Source: Psammoneis japonica (taxonomy: Eukaryota). Taken from it: 64,000 bases of DNA. The stretch spans positions 434,001 to 498,000 of the forward strand of contig QPGO01000002.1 in NCBI GenBank assembly GCA_008632985.1, in the 5' to 3' direction. The stretch's first letter is position 1. The number at the start of each line of letters is the position of its first letter. Below are positions 1 through 10,760 of this stretch, piece by piece. The translations under genes were made by a program, and so were the position numbers. Below the pieces are notes generated by a model. It made no database searches, was not told where the DNA came from, and saw nothing but the letters and a program-made list of their open reading frames with translations.

Positions 1-164
1 AGGAGCGAGGGAAGTTTGCGAAGCCAAGAACTCCTCCAGTGCAAGCACGAGAAGTTTGCAGTGCATCAGGGACCCCGCACAAGAAAGTTTGGGCTCCCCA
101 AGGTGTGAAAAAGCAAGAAGTTTGCAAAGAACGTGTTTGTGCCCCCCTGGGGCGCCAGTGTGAC

Positions 165-1918
165 CTCAGGCAGGACTCTGTGCAGCATGTGCGGGCCCGC
201 AGAATTTTGTGTGCCAGCTCTGCAACAAAGTTGTTGAGCAACAAACATGTGAGATGATTGACAACAGAAAAAGCAAGGCACAACTTTGCAGGCACATCTC
301 CTCCTGTGCCTGTGTGTGTTCTTTTGCACACCCAACCCACTTTTTTTTGTGCAGATGAAGAAAATGGAGAGCCTTTGGCTTCACAAGACAGGGTGCATGA
401 AACAATTGGGTGCACAAAAAATGTGTGTGTGCAGCATGTGGCACGATCCAAAAAATCTCATGCCACACTCCAGCACCAGCGCTGGGCCTCACCTGGAGCT
501 GGGGTGGGAGAAAGGCCCCGGCATGTGAGAATGGTGCCATGTGGAGCCAAATGTTGTGCCACAGAATCAGCAGCAATGACATGCATGTGCTCTTAAAATT
601 GTGTCAAAGCAAGAGTGACTTGTGCCACTCACTTGTTGTCTGCACAGCTTGACATGCCAAAAAAACAATGACATGGATTGACTCATCTTGTTGACTTTGC
701 ATTGCATTTTGCACAATCTGGGTCATCCACCACAATCTTGGTGCTCAAATTGAAGGTGTGAAACTTTTGCTGGTGCTGTGTGTGCTTTGTTTTCACCTCA
801 GTTGTGTGTGTCAAACAATTGTGCCCCTTTGTGCATGACACATGTCACAGGCTGCTGTGAGCAAGTCAAATTTGCAGACAGACATGCAGAGACTGTGGAG
901 CAACATGCAAGCCAAGAAGCAGCAGCCAACATGGCTCTGTTTGACAAAAACAGATGACCCCCAATGCAGAGGGGTGTGAAAAGCACAAGTGCAAGCATCT
1001 GGGTTGTGAGCTGCTCTCATGTGGTGGCGTGAGCTGAAAAGGTGGTGAGGAAAGAGGAAAAACTTTGGCCCCTGTTGACTCATGTGGCAGCTGTTGACAG
1101 TTTTTTGGAGCTTGGCAGCCATTGCTGGTGCAAGCCTGTGTGTGGAAGTGAGACAGTGTGGTGCTGCAGCAAGAGCCAGCTGGCACATTTAAACAGCCAG
1201 CTCAAAGATGATTGTTCCATGTCATGCCGGCACAGATGCAGAGCTGCACAACATTGTTGAAGAACAGAACAGAGCCCAAATTCAAGCTTGTCTTGCATCT
1301 TCTTGTTCAAGATTCAACGACTGGCAAAAAAATTCTTTTTCAATGAACTGATGTTCAAACGTTGTTTTGATTTTTTGTCAGTGAGGCACGTGCTTGTGTC
1401 ATGCAGGGTCCCCATCTTTTTGGCAAAAAAAAGTGTGTGGAATTTGATGAGGAGCAATTCTGGCAAAAATGCATGCCATCAATTGTCGTTGTCGTTTGTG
1501 TGGTGTGGCACTTTTGTTGGTGTGGTTGTGTCCTCCCTTGTCTGACACAGATGCACTCCAGCTCCAGCAGGTGGGACCTTGCACCACTGAACTGTGACAT
1601 CAAGAGGTTTTTGAATTGCGCTGCATGTTGTTTTTGAATTGCGCTGCATGTTGCACATGCAGATGGCTGCATGTGACATTCTACAAAATTGTTTCATGCT
1701 CCCTGTTTTGCAAAACCAAAGGCTTTCTGTCAAGAATGAAAGTGCACTGGGGGCACACTCTTTGATGTCTGCTTGAGTGTGAAGGAGGAGATGCATTTGC
1801 AAAATTGCTTCTTTTTCTGTTGGCGATCATTCACATTTTCATTGCTTGACAAATTCAGCGTGGAGCTTGCACACAGAATTCTGCGGGCCCAATGTCACAC
1901 GGAGCCCTGCTTGGGGCT
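165..1918. repeat. Diverged inverted repeat pair (~165-410 vs ~1686-1918)
   Basis: GGGCCCGCAGAATTTTGTGTGCCAGCTC (~193-220) matches the reverse complement of GAGCTTGCACACAGAATTCTGCGGGCCC (~1863-1890). CATCTCCTCCT and AGCCTTTGG...CAGGGTGCATGAAAC also match in inverted orientation. A related motif recurs at ~56225-56260. Confidence 0.7.
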
Positions 1919-2199
1919 GGAACCCATCCACACCTCACAATGTGCTGGCCAGGTGTGTGCAGAATTGCCGGCTGCCATTTGTGCTGGCTGTTGCCAATGT
2001 GGTTGAGGATTTTGTTTTTGCATGGAATGTGGGCATGTTTCTGAAGGGGGGTGCCAATGTTGCCATGGATTGCAACATCTGGTTGACAAGACATGTTGAT
2101 GAGTGCCTTGGCCTTTTTTTGCAGGATGGGATCAACCTGTGCAGCTTTTGTCACTGCAGCATCATTGTTTTCCTTTTGTGCCAAAAATTTGGCAAGGGT

Positions 2200-4387
2200 C
2201 ACTCTCCTTTTTGTCTTGCACACGCAGTGCATGGTTGTCAGTTGAAGACATGGACACGGGAGACGAGACAATCATGTCATGCGGTGGCATTCAGGCAACA
2301 CCAAGCAAGAAGGAGGCCAGATCAAACCACCCTGGAGCAAGTCTGGAGTGGCTGAAGAAGCACAGCATTTGCTTGGATGGGTTGGCCATTCAAAAATCCA
2401 CAATTCCGGGTGCGGGCCACGGAGCCTTTAGCAGGCGCGCCATGAGCACATTGGTGACATGCTTGTCACCGCCCCACACTGCTGTTTGTTGATTGTTCCC
2501 AAACACATCTGGTTGAGCAGAAGTGTGGAAGTGGCATGCATCCCAAAATTCCACAGAGGGAGCTTGGCATTGACTGCACCAGCAACAACCTCAGAGGAAA
2601 GCAGCTGCTGCTCAATTGCTGCTGTGGAAGCCCAGATTCAAACGTGATGCTGCTGCCGTGCATGGCGCAAGGATCAAACTTCATGAACCACAACCGCAAG
2701 GGTGCAAACGTCTGCATGCACTGGTCAAACAACCAGTGCAGCAACAACACCAAGTGGTTTGAGATGCTGCACCACAACCTGTTCAATGAGGTTGCAGGCG
2801 CTGAGCCTCTCCTTGCATTTGACTGCGTGGCGCTGCGAAACATTGCACCCAGAAAGGAGATTTTTGCAGATGACGGTGACGAGTGGGTCGCAGCATGGGA
2901 AAAGCAAGTGAAGGAATGGAAGCCACCATTGGATTGTGAGCACGTTTCAGCTGATGACTGCATGCGAAAGCACCCAAGCAACCCAATTTGCACAAGCACA
3001 GAGCAGCTGGCTCGTCCTCATCCCAGCAACGTTCAAACTGCTTGCTTGTTTGGCCCAACCGAGGATCAGAAGCACCCAGAAAGAGCTTCAGCTGACAGCA
3101 CTGGAAGCCACCAGGAGCTTTTGGAGGTGGAATCGCATGGCAAGAACCACTGCATGCATCACTGCACGGTGCTTGATCGGACAATTGACAGTCAAGGCAA
3201 AACATTCTACAAGGCACACGTGCACTCACGAGTGGGTGAGTCTGACTTTTGCCATGCAACCGCCTTCCAAAGTCTGGTGTGAATGTTTGCAACATGCCAC
3301 CCCATGCTGTTGCTTTGGTTGACAAACCTTGCACAACCAACCAGCACCTCCCTCAGGCGTTTCGACACAAAACTGGCCTGCCCGAGGACTTTCATCCACA
3401 AACTTGGACAAAAAAGGACCAAAGATCCAAGGGTGACTTCACACAAACACCCCTGAAAGCTGGCAAGCTTGAGGTGATTCATTGGCACGACACAGGCAAG
3501 GTTGTTGCTCCGCACACGTGCAGGCTTGGGCTCGACAAGAAGGTCTGGCAAGTGCTGCTGGATTGCTGCAACAAAATGGGAATTGCCGAAATTTTCTGCC
3601 ACATTGCGCACCACGGCAACATGTTGGAGCCCAACGATGATGCACACTTTGACCTCAGTGGGGAGGAGCGGCACCTTCAAAGGTAAGTTTCGAGTTGGTG
3701 ACCCCACGAGAGCTTCTGGATGCACCCCCGATGCCACTCATGTGTCCAACACCATTCCTCCCTGCTGCTGTGCAGACTGGAAATGCAGTGGAATTCCAAC
3801 CTGCAGTGGATCTCGCCCGGTGCCAGCCCTGCCCACGAAAGCTGCACTCAAGTGCTGAGCAAAGCGGGGTTTGACGAGATGCTGGAAGGGATTGGCAAAC
3901 TCCTCAATGTGGACGGGGGTTGGCTGCGTTTCACATTGCCTTCATTGGGGTGTTGCACTCAACAAAGGGATTCCTTCACAGCGACATTGAGGGGACAGAT
4001 GCAAAGACGTTCAACGTCATTGTTCCTCCAACCCTTGCAAACAAAACTGGCCCTGAGCTCGATTTGCAAGACAGTGGACCGCTGGGTGACTGGAAAGATG
4101 ACGAGTGCAACAAGGTCAACTTTCCGGCTGGCAGGTGCAGGTGCGAGTGCGACGTTGCCCCCATGATGGGCAACAACGCATTCCATGCCAGCAGCGTGGT
4201 TGACCACAGAGCCACGGGGGAGATGCGAATGGCGGCGACTGTGCACCTGGCCGACGTTGACGAAGCAAACGTCAACACGATCATTTCAAAGTGCACCCAA
4301 GTGCACCCTCTGGCAGAGCGGGAGCTTCTCCTGTCTTGGGCCGGCAGACACTGGCAAAAGAACGACTCCTCAAAGAAGCTGCCATGA
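2200..4387 (+). pseudogene. Hypermutated pseudogene of a diatom SET-domain protein (same family as 60032-61792), followed by a 2OG-Fe(II) oxygenase-like segment
   Basis: Fragments SLEWLKKHSICLD, STIPGAGHGAF, QLLLNCCCG, NFMNH, LAFDCVALRNIAPRKEIF and AFRH align with the intact gene at 60 kb. The downstream part has HxD (LHSD)...H...R spacing. Several frameshifts/stops; Tyr replaced by Cys/His. Confidence 0.8.
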
Positions 4388-6227
4388 CCAACAAAGGACC
4401 ACATCCTGCTGCATGACCTGTGGGCCATTGCAACGGCACAGTTGGTGAGAAAAGAGAGGCCAGCCAACAGCAAACCTCACACGCACTTCATTGCAGAATC
4501 ATTGACACCCGTCTCTTCAAATGAGCTGATGCACACGAAACTGAAACCGGCTTGCCTTAACAAGGTGCTCTTGTGTTTGCAAGCACTGCAAAGCACATGG
4601 ACAGCAGGAGCGGAGGCTTTTGATTGTTCAATTGTGCTGGCGGTCAGGTTCTGCTTCAGATGCAGGAACAAAAATCGACGTTTGCGAGGAAACACGAGGA
4701 TGCAGCAGAGCTCAAAACGCTCACACCCTCCACAGAGAGCTTGTCAGTGGGCTCATAAAAATTGAGCTGCTGCCACTGAACTTGCAGGAAAGGAGCTTTT
4801 GAATGCAAAGAAGAAGACAATTCTGCATTTTGGTGCCCACAAGATTGGGAAGGAATGGATTTGTTTTTGTTGATTGCCCGGCATTTGAGGACAAAGGAGT
4901 GAGTTGACTGGTGATGGCATCACATCCTGTCAGAGCAAATGTGGCATTTGCTCATGAAGGTTGATGCCCAAGCACACCTTGAAGAGAAGCTTGGGGAGAA
5001 CAAAAAGAAAAATGAGCTGGGCAACAAACACTTCTGATTTCATCTGATGCATCCACACAGTTGCCAGTGGAGTTCTTGCCAAAATGCACAGAAAATGTGA
5101 CCCATGACATTGAGGGAGAGTGGTGCTGAGTTGTGCCTGAGTTGGATGAACTGGGTTGTTGCTCTGAACATGTGACAGACAAATGGAAAGGACAAAAAAC
5201 AAAAAATGTAGAGTTCACCACACTTGAGAAAATGCAGCTGCAGTTTCACAGGAAAAAGGTGTGCATTTGCTCTGTTGATTTTTGCATGGTGAAGCATGGC
5301 AAAAGCAGAAAAAAAGCCATCTCACATTTGCCACAACTGGGGTGTCACAGTTGACATGGCAGACACATTGAAAGAGATGTGAGAGCCTCTGCTTTTGTTG
5401 TTGGTCAGTGTTGGCATCACAAAAGCTGCAAAGACACCGCAAAACTGCAAACAGCTGCTGACAGTTCTCCTGATTGGACCTGTCAGTTTGACATCTGTCT
5501 GCTGTGATCCTCCAAGCCACTTTCTGAAGCCCAAATTTTCAATGTCTCAACAGCCCTTTTCACGTTTTTACAAGCTCAAATTTGCACAAAAGCACTTTGA
5601 AAGGGCTCCCTTGCATTGTGCAGATTTCACACCAGTCACTTTGCAGTGGGGTGATGCTCATGGGCCCCAACAATGTCTTTTTTGGGCAAAAACTGTCTTA
5701 GAAGTGCTGGAGGTGTGCACAGTTTTTTGTGCAAATCTGCCCAGCATTTTGTGTGGGATGCACACAAGCCCCACACTTTTGTGCACAAGCACAGGCATTG
5801 CAAAACTGCACAACTTTCTGGTCAATGCCCACATGAAGCAAGTTTTTCTTCTCATAGACAGAACCTGGATGCTGAATTGCTGTGACCCTCCAGAGCCAGA
5901 ATTTTTTTACCACGACAAAACCACGGCCTCTGACGACCTCCTCTGTTGACATCACCACTGTTCAACAAGAAGGTTGCTCTCCCCGACACCACTTGCGCTC
6001 TTAACAACAGATGCTAAGAGCCTTGTTTTGGGCAAGTCACATCCTTTATCGTGCGCTTTCCATGGGCTCAGGAATCATTGGCACTGACCCATTTTTTCCT
6101 CTTGAGCTCCCGCTGCAGCTCAACCCATCACACCCCACTCAAAGATGTGTGTCTCCATTGCCGTCAAAAGGATCCCGTCACCACTGGCGCATCTGTTGGA
6201 CTTGGCGTTCCTCTACCTTCTGCAACA

Positions 6228-7752
6228 ATGACAGAAGCATCGTCTGTGGCAGCGTCTCCCAAACGCAAGCGAGATCCCCAGAGAAACCATCATAAAGGTG
6301 TGCGACTCTACCCTTGCATCTGCCGTGACAAGGAAGAGTGCAAGCAAAGCATGAGGGACTTCATTGATGCTGGTGACAAAAAAAGGTGTGGTTGCTGCCA
6401 CCTTCCCTGTGCCATGGCAAAAGAAGGCCATGTGGAAGCGGCAATGTAAGTGACAACAACATGAGAGTCGTGGCGTGTCGGCATCTTGTGGGGAACTCTT
6501 GTGTGCCACCGGAACCTGCCAGCAATTGTGAGTGCATCAGATTCAATCATTTCCATCCTGCTGTTTTAAAAGAGGACAACAAAGGTCCTTTGGAAAATGT
6601 GGACTGTGAGACGGGAGAATTGCTGTGCTTTCACAAAAGTGACGTAAGAGATCGGAGCAACGGAAAAATGTCATGCCACCCGGCGCCGAACTGCACCAAG
6701 AAAGATTATCTACGAGATGCCAAGTCAGCCCGCGCATCATTAGACCCCATTGGAGTTTATCTTGATGAGGAAGACCATGCAAGAGACTTGCCTCGTCCAC
6801 CGCCAACAGCCCGAAAAGTTGCAGCAGCACAGAGGAACGCCGCATTTGATCCAGACGGAGCGGGAAAGGAGAATGTTGGGTTGTGAGTAGAGCTTGAGCA
6901 TGTGAATGAGTTGCTTCAAATTGCATTGAAAAGAGCTGACAAACTGTCATCAGAGCTGGCAGACAAGGCTCAAAAGTTGAAAGTGTGCTTGGAGCGGGAG
7001 GATGAGATTGAAGTGATGGGTGGACTGAGCAGGGAGAATCTGACGAGCGGCAAGTGGCATGAGGATCATGACAGAATGGCGAAGCATCTTTGGGGACTGG
7101 GGCACATTTGAGGAAACCATCTGCCATGTCACCAAGGTTTGGTTTCCTGATGTAGAGGAAAGATGCGGCAAGGGAAAGGAGCGATTCACGGCGGTCGAAG
7201 AGGTGCTGACATGCACAATGACGATGCACCGGGATTGTCGGGTGGCAACTTTGGGGTCGACATGGCATCGTGAAGGCAACAGCTGGTTTCCACGGATGGC
7301 ACAGATGTGGATGCCTCGCCTTGGAAAAGTGGGGCTTTGCATGTCCATGCTCGATTTGGACTTAATGGACAATTGCCTGCCAGAGGACGTTGCATCAAGT
7401 AACAGCATTCCACACTCGACCACCAGCGATCCACCTCAACACACCTCTTACATCACGGCTACGGTGCCAAAACAATTTAAGGGAGAAAGGGCATGAAAAA
7501 ATCGCGGCGGTCGTGGATGGCAAAACATTTCTGACAGAAACAGTTCGAGTCTGCACTGCTCTCGATCGCTTGCTGTACAGTGAGAAGACGGATTCGAGTG
7601 GTGGGCTTACAATGACATGGTCGGCTCCCACTGGTTTGGTGTTTGAGCACACAGGGCTCTGCTTTGGACGATGCCCTGAGAACAGATTAACAGAATTGTG
7701 GGGAACAGTTGACGCAAACCAAATTTTGTTTGCTGACGAGCCACACCAGTGA
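6228..7752 (+). pseudogene. Cys/His (THAP-like) region plus N-terminal half of a Harbinger-type DDE transposase, disrupted
   Basis: CICRDKEEC...RHL...HFHP, then IAAVVDGKTF...LYSEK...WSAPTGLVFEHTGLCFGRCPE, resembling the first-Asp half of DDE_Tnp_4. Stops and frameshifts present. Confidence 0.6.
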
Positions 7753-7795
7753 AAGAAGAAGCAATCACACATGTGACATAATGTGTGAGAGGCAG

Positions 7796-8485
7796 TCAGC
7801 TAGACTCTTTTTCCTTTGTGATGTTTTGCAAATCCGCCTCTTTTTTCTTTGCTCTGCTATCCCGAGCCGTTTCTTTTCTCTTTCGAGCTGCAATTTTCTT
7901 TTCTTCAAAGTCCTCAAAGTGAGATTTGTCAGCTGGATGCAGATTTGGATCAGGGGCATGGCATGGGGCATGGAGATTGGCACGCCCTTGCGAGCAGTTG
8001 ACAGCATGATGCAGACAAGGGAAATGACCACTGGTTGTAACATCTCGAACACAGGCATCATCAATTGCTCGCGTGAAGACACCTTCGCTTGACCATCGAA
8101 GCGATTTGATTCCTTCATCCTCACGTACCTCAGCAATGTCATGGTGCTTCCCAACAAGGTGTTTTGGGCAGATCATCTCATTCCCGTTGGGATGCAAGCA
8201 AGACGCATTGTTGAAATTCTTGTCGCCGCATGCTTGATCGTCTTCTTCAATTTTTAGCAGACGGTCTTTTTGGCGGATCATGGACGGGTCTGTCACGTGC
8301 GGCAGCTGCTTCAACAAACGATCACGACGAGGCTCTGAAATTTCTGCGCAGTGAGAAAGGAGTGTCCGTGGCAGATTTCCCGCCTTCACTTCTTGATGCA
8401 AGCACTCAAGCATCTCTAATTGTTCACGCTTTGAGTTGAGAGACTCATTCAGCCCGCCCTTGCCTTGAAGCTTCCCCTTGTTCAT
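7796..8485 (-). pseudogene. C-terminal half of a Harbinger-type DDE transposase
   Basis: CGDKNF (DxGF-like second Asp)...PNGN...P...DEGIKSLRWSSEGVFTR (R...E..F.R catalytic Glu helix)...ANL. Confidence 0.6.
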
Positions 8486-8729
8486 GGCTGCATTTTGTCT
8501 GCTGTGACCCGATGAGCGAAATCTCGCTCAGTCTCTGTCAGCTCGGCCCTCTTTTTAGCCTTTGCAACCATGGCCTCTGTGTTGGCGCATGTTTGCATTG
8601 TGGGAGTTTCATCATCATCTTCATTTTGAGCCGCGGTCTCAACATTTTCGTCTTCGTTGTCCCTTTCTCTGGAACCATGGGTCTCAAAGAACGCCAGAGT
8701 GGCTCTTCCCTCAGCTTTTACCTCCTTCT

Positions 8730-10760
8730 CTACTTTGCTAGACTCAAAAGCTCCGGCCTCAAAAGGGATGGGATTGACTGGTGTGGTTTGATGGACTCCG
8801 GCATTGCTTCAGCAAGAGTGTCCACGGTCCATTCAGCATTCGTTTGTGCCAAGTAAATTGGACCTCCAAGAAAAGCAAGGGCGTGGGAACACCCATCTAC
8901 GACGGGGCACTCACACCTCGATCCAGGACACGGAACACAATCCCCTGTCTCCTTGTCAAATGCGACATAAACCCAACATGGGTCCGACTTCTGGGACGGG
9001 GTCACAAGCATGCGAAAGAGAACCACACTGCGTCCTGTCTCCTTGTGCCTTCCCTCTGTCACAGAGAAGGTGGCGACATTGCAGTTGCCACCATCAACAC
9101 GTCTGCAAGCATGGCACCTTGCGCCATTTCGCTTCTTCCGACACATTAGATTGTTGATCGATTCGTCGTCAATTTTCATTGCTCCTTGCACTCTTTGCAT
9201 GACATTTTCATGATCCCACTGCCACTGTTGCCCTGCTGGAGGTAGCATCACCTGCTCAATGGAAAAAGTTCCCGAATCTTTTCGTGACTCTGACAAGGAT
9301 CGTGGCACCGGCTGCAAACCGTTTGATCGTTTCATTTTGTCTAGAGTGGCCCGCACTGCTTCCTCAAGACGAGCCCTTGGGATGGTCCCAGCATGAGATG
9401 GTGGCAGGCTTCGCCGCTCCTGCAAAAAAGCTCTCATGCGGTCAACATCAAGGAATCCGATGGGAATGCCGCCTTTGTCTGGATCAACGTTGAGCTCCGC
9501 CAAGTGGCTGATCATGTGTCGGTTGTCGCATTGAGGATGTGGAATTGCCTCTTGCTCAATTGGCTTTCCTCCCCTTGCCCACATTTCCATTGAGAGCAAG
9601 GGATGGCAGTCAGAATTGTCCATGCTGTTGCTGTGTAGAATGTCGCCGAGGACAGCCGCCGGCGACTTGTCGCATCCCAGGCATCTTCCCCATCCCTCAC
9701 CACCATCCTCAGAAAATTGTGGGTGATCACATAATGGCACAAGCTCAATGCCACCATGTGCATCCTTGCTTGGCAGTTTTGACAAATCAATTGCATCTGA
9801 ACCTTCCTTTGGCAACAGCCGAAAGACTGGATGACCAAGGAACACATTCATGGCATGCCCAGCTTCCAACGCGAACCCTTTTGCAGGCTGCCCTCCGTCA
9901 TCAGCACCATGAGCTTTTGGTGGCCACTTACAATTGGTCTCAATGTCCTCTGGGTGCTTTCTCTCATCTGTGGCGGCTGTGCATCCATCCATCGTCTCGG
10001 CAAACGGCAAACTGTGTGGCTTGACGTTGTGGTCGCAGCCCCGAAAAGCAGGAACAGCACACTCACAGTCCTTCCAGCGCCCCCCGCCCGCACACACACG
10101 AGCATCAATTTGAGAAGCTGCCAAGATGCAGCAATCGCCATTGAAGGGGTTCAAGTTTGTGATCCATTTCTTACAATCGCACCCATGCACGTCACCATCC
10201 TCAGATTCCACGCATCCAACGATCCCAGAATTTTGCATCTCCACACACTGTGCTTCAGCTTCAACCGCAGCTTGAATGTAAGGCATTCCTTCTCGGTCAA
10301 ACACTTTCTTGATTAGAAGCATGATGTCTCCTCGAGGACAAACAATGCTCTTCCATTTGTTTGGCACCTCCAGTCAGTCTTGTTCAGGTTTGTTCTGCTC
10401 AAGAAGAAATGATGTTCTCTCCTCAATTGGCTTTTTCCTGGCCTTGCGCTTGGCATCCGTTCGCCATTTGAGTGGATTGTGTGTGCCATCAAATGCATGC
10501 ACAGCTTCAACGCCATTGTCTTTGTAGAGTCTCTTGTGTCGCCGCACCAACAATTTAGCAGCTTGGGCAACAGGTGTCTTCGGTGATGAATGGACTTGCC
10601 TGGCAGCTGTGGGGTCAATCAGAATCTTGTACAGTGGCATGGACATGTCAACTGCAACACTTTCTCCTCTCAGCTCTGATGGATTGTTCACCGGCTTGTC
10701 GTCAACAAGGTCAAACTCGGGCCGGTGCACAACATCAACACACACGTTCTCGATTGTCAT
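8730..10760 (-). pseudogene. XPG/FEN1/Exo1-family nuclease plus SWIM zinc finger, frameshifted
   Basis: XPG-N-like LRGESVAVDMS..LY...AFDG...PLK..T...R; XPG-I-like PYIQAAVEAEAQC...GIVGCVESEDGD; SWIM-like VTPSQK...WVYV...CECPVVDGCSH. Frame change near 10370. Confidence 0.75.

Noticed and set aside
1608..1653. 23-bp tandem duplication (TTTTTGAATTGCGCTGCATGTTG); a similar ~50-bp duplication lies at 50001-50097
   Set aside because: Ordinary local slippage with no further structure.
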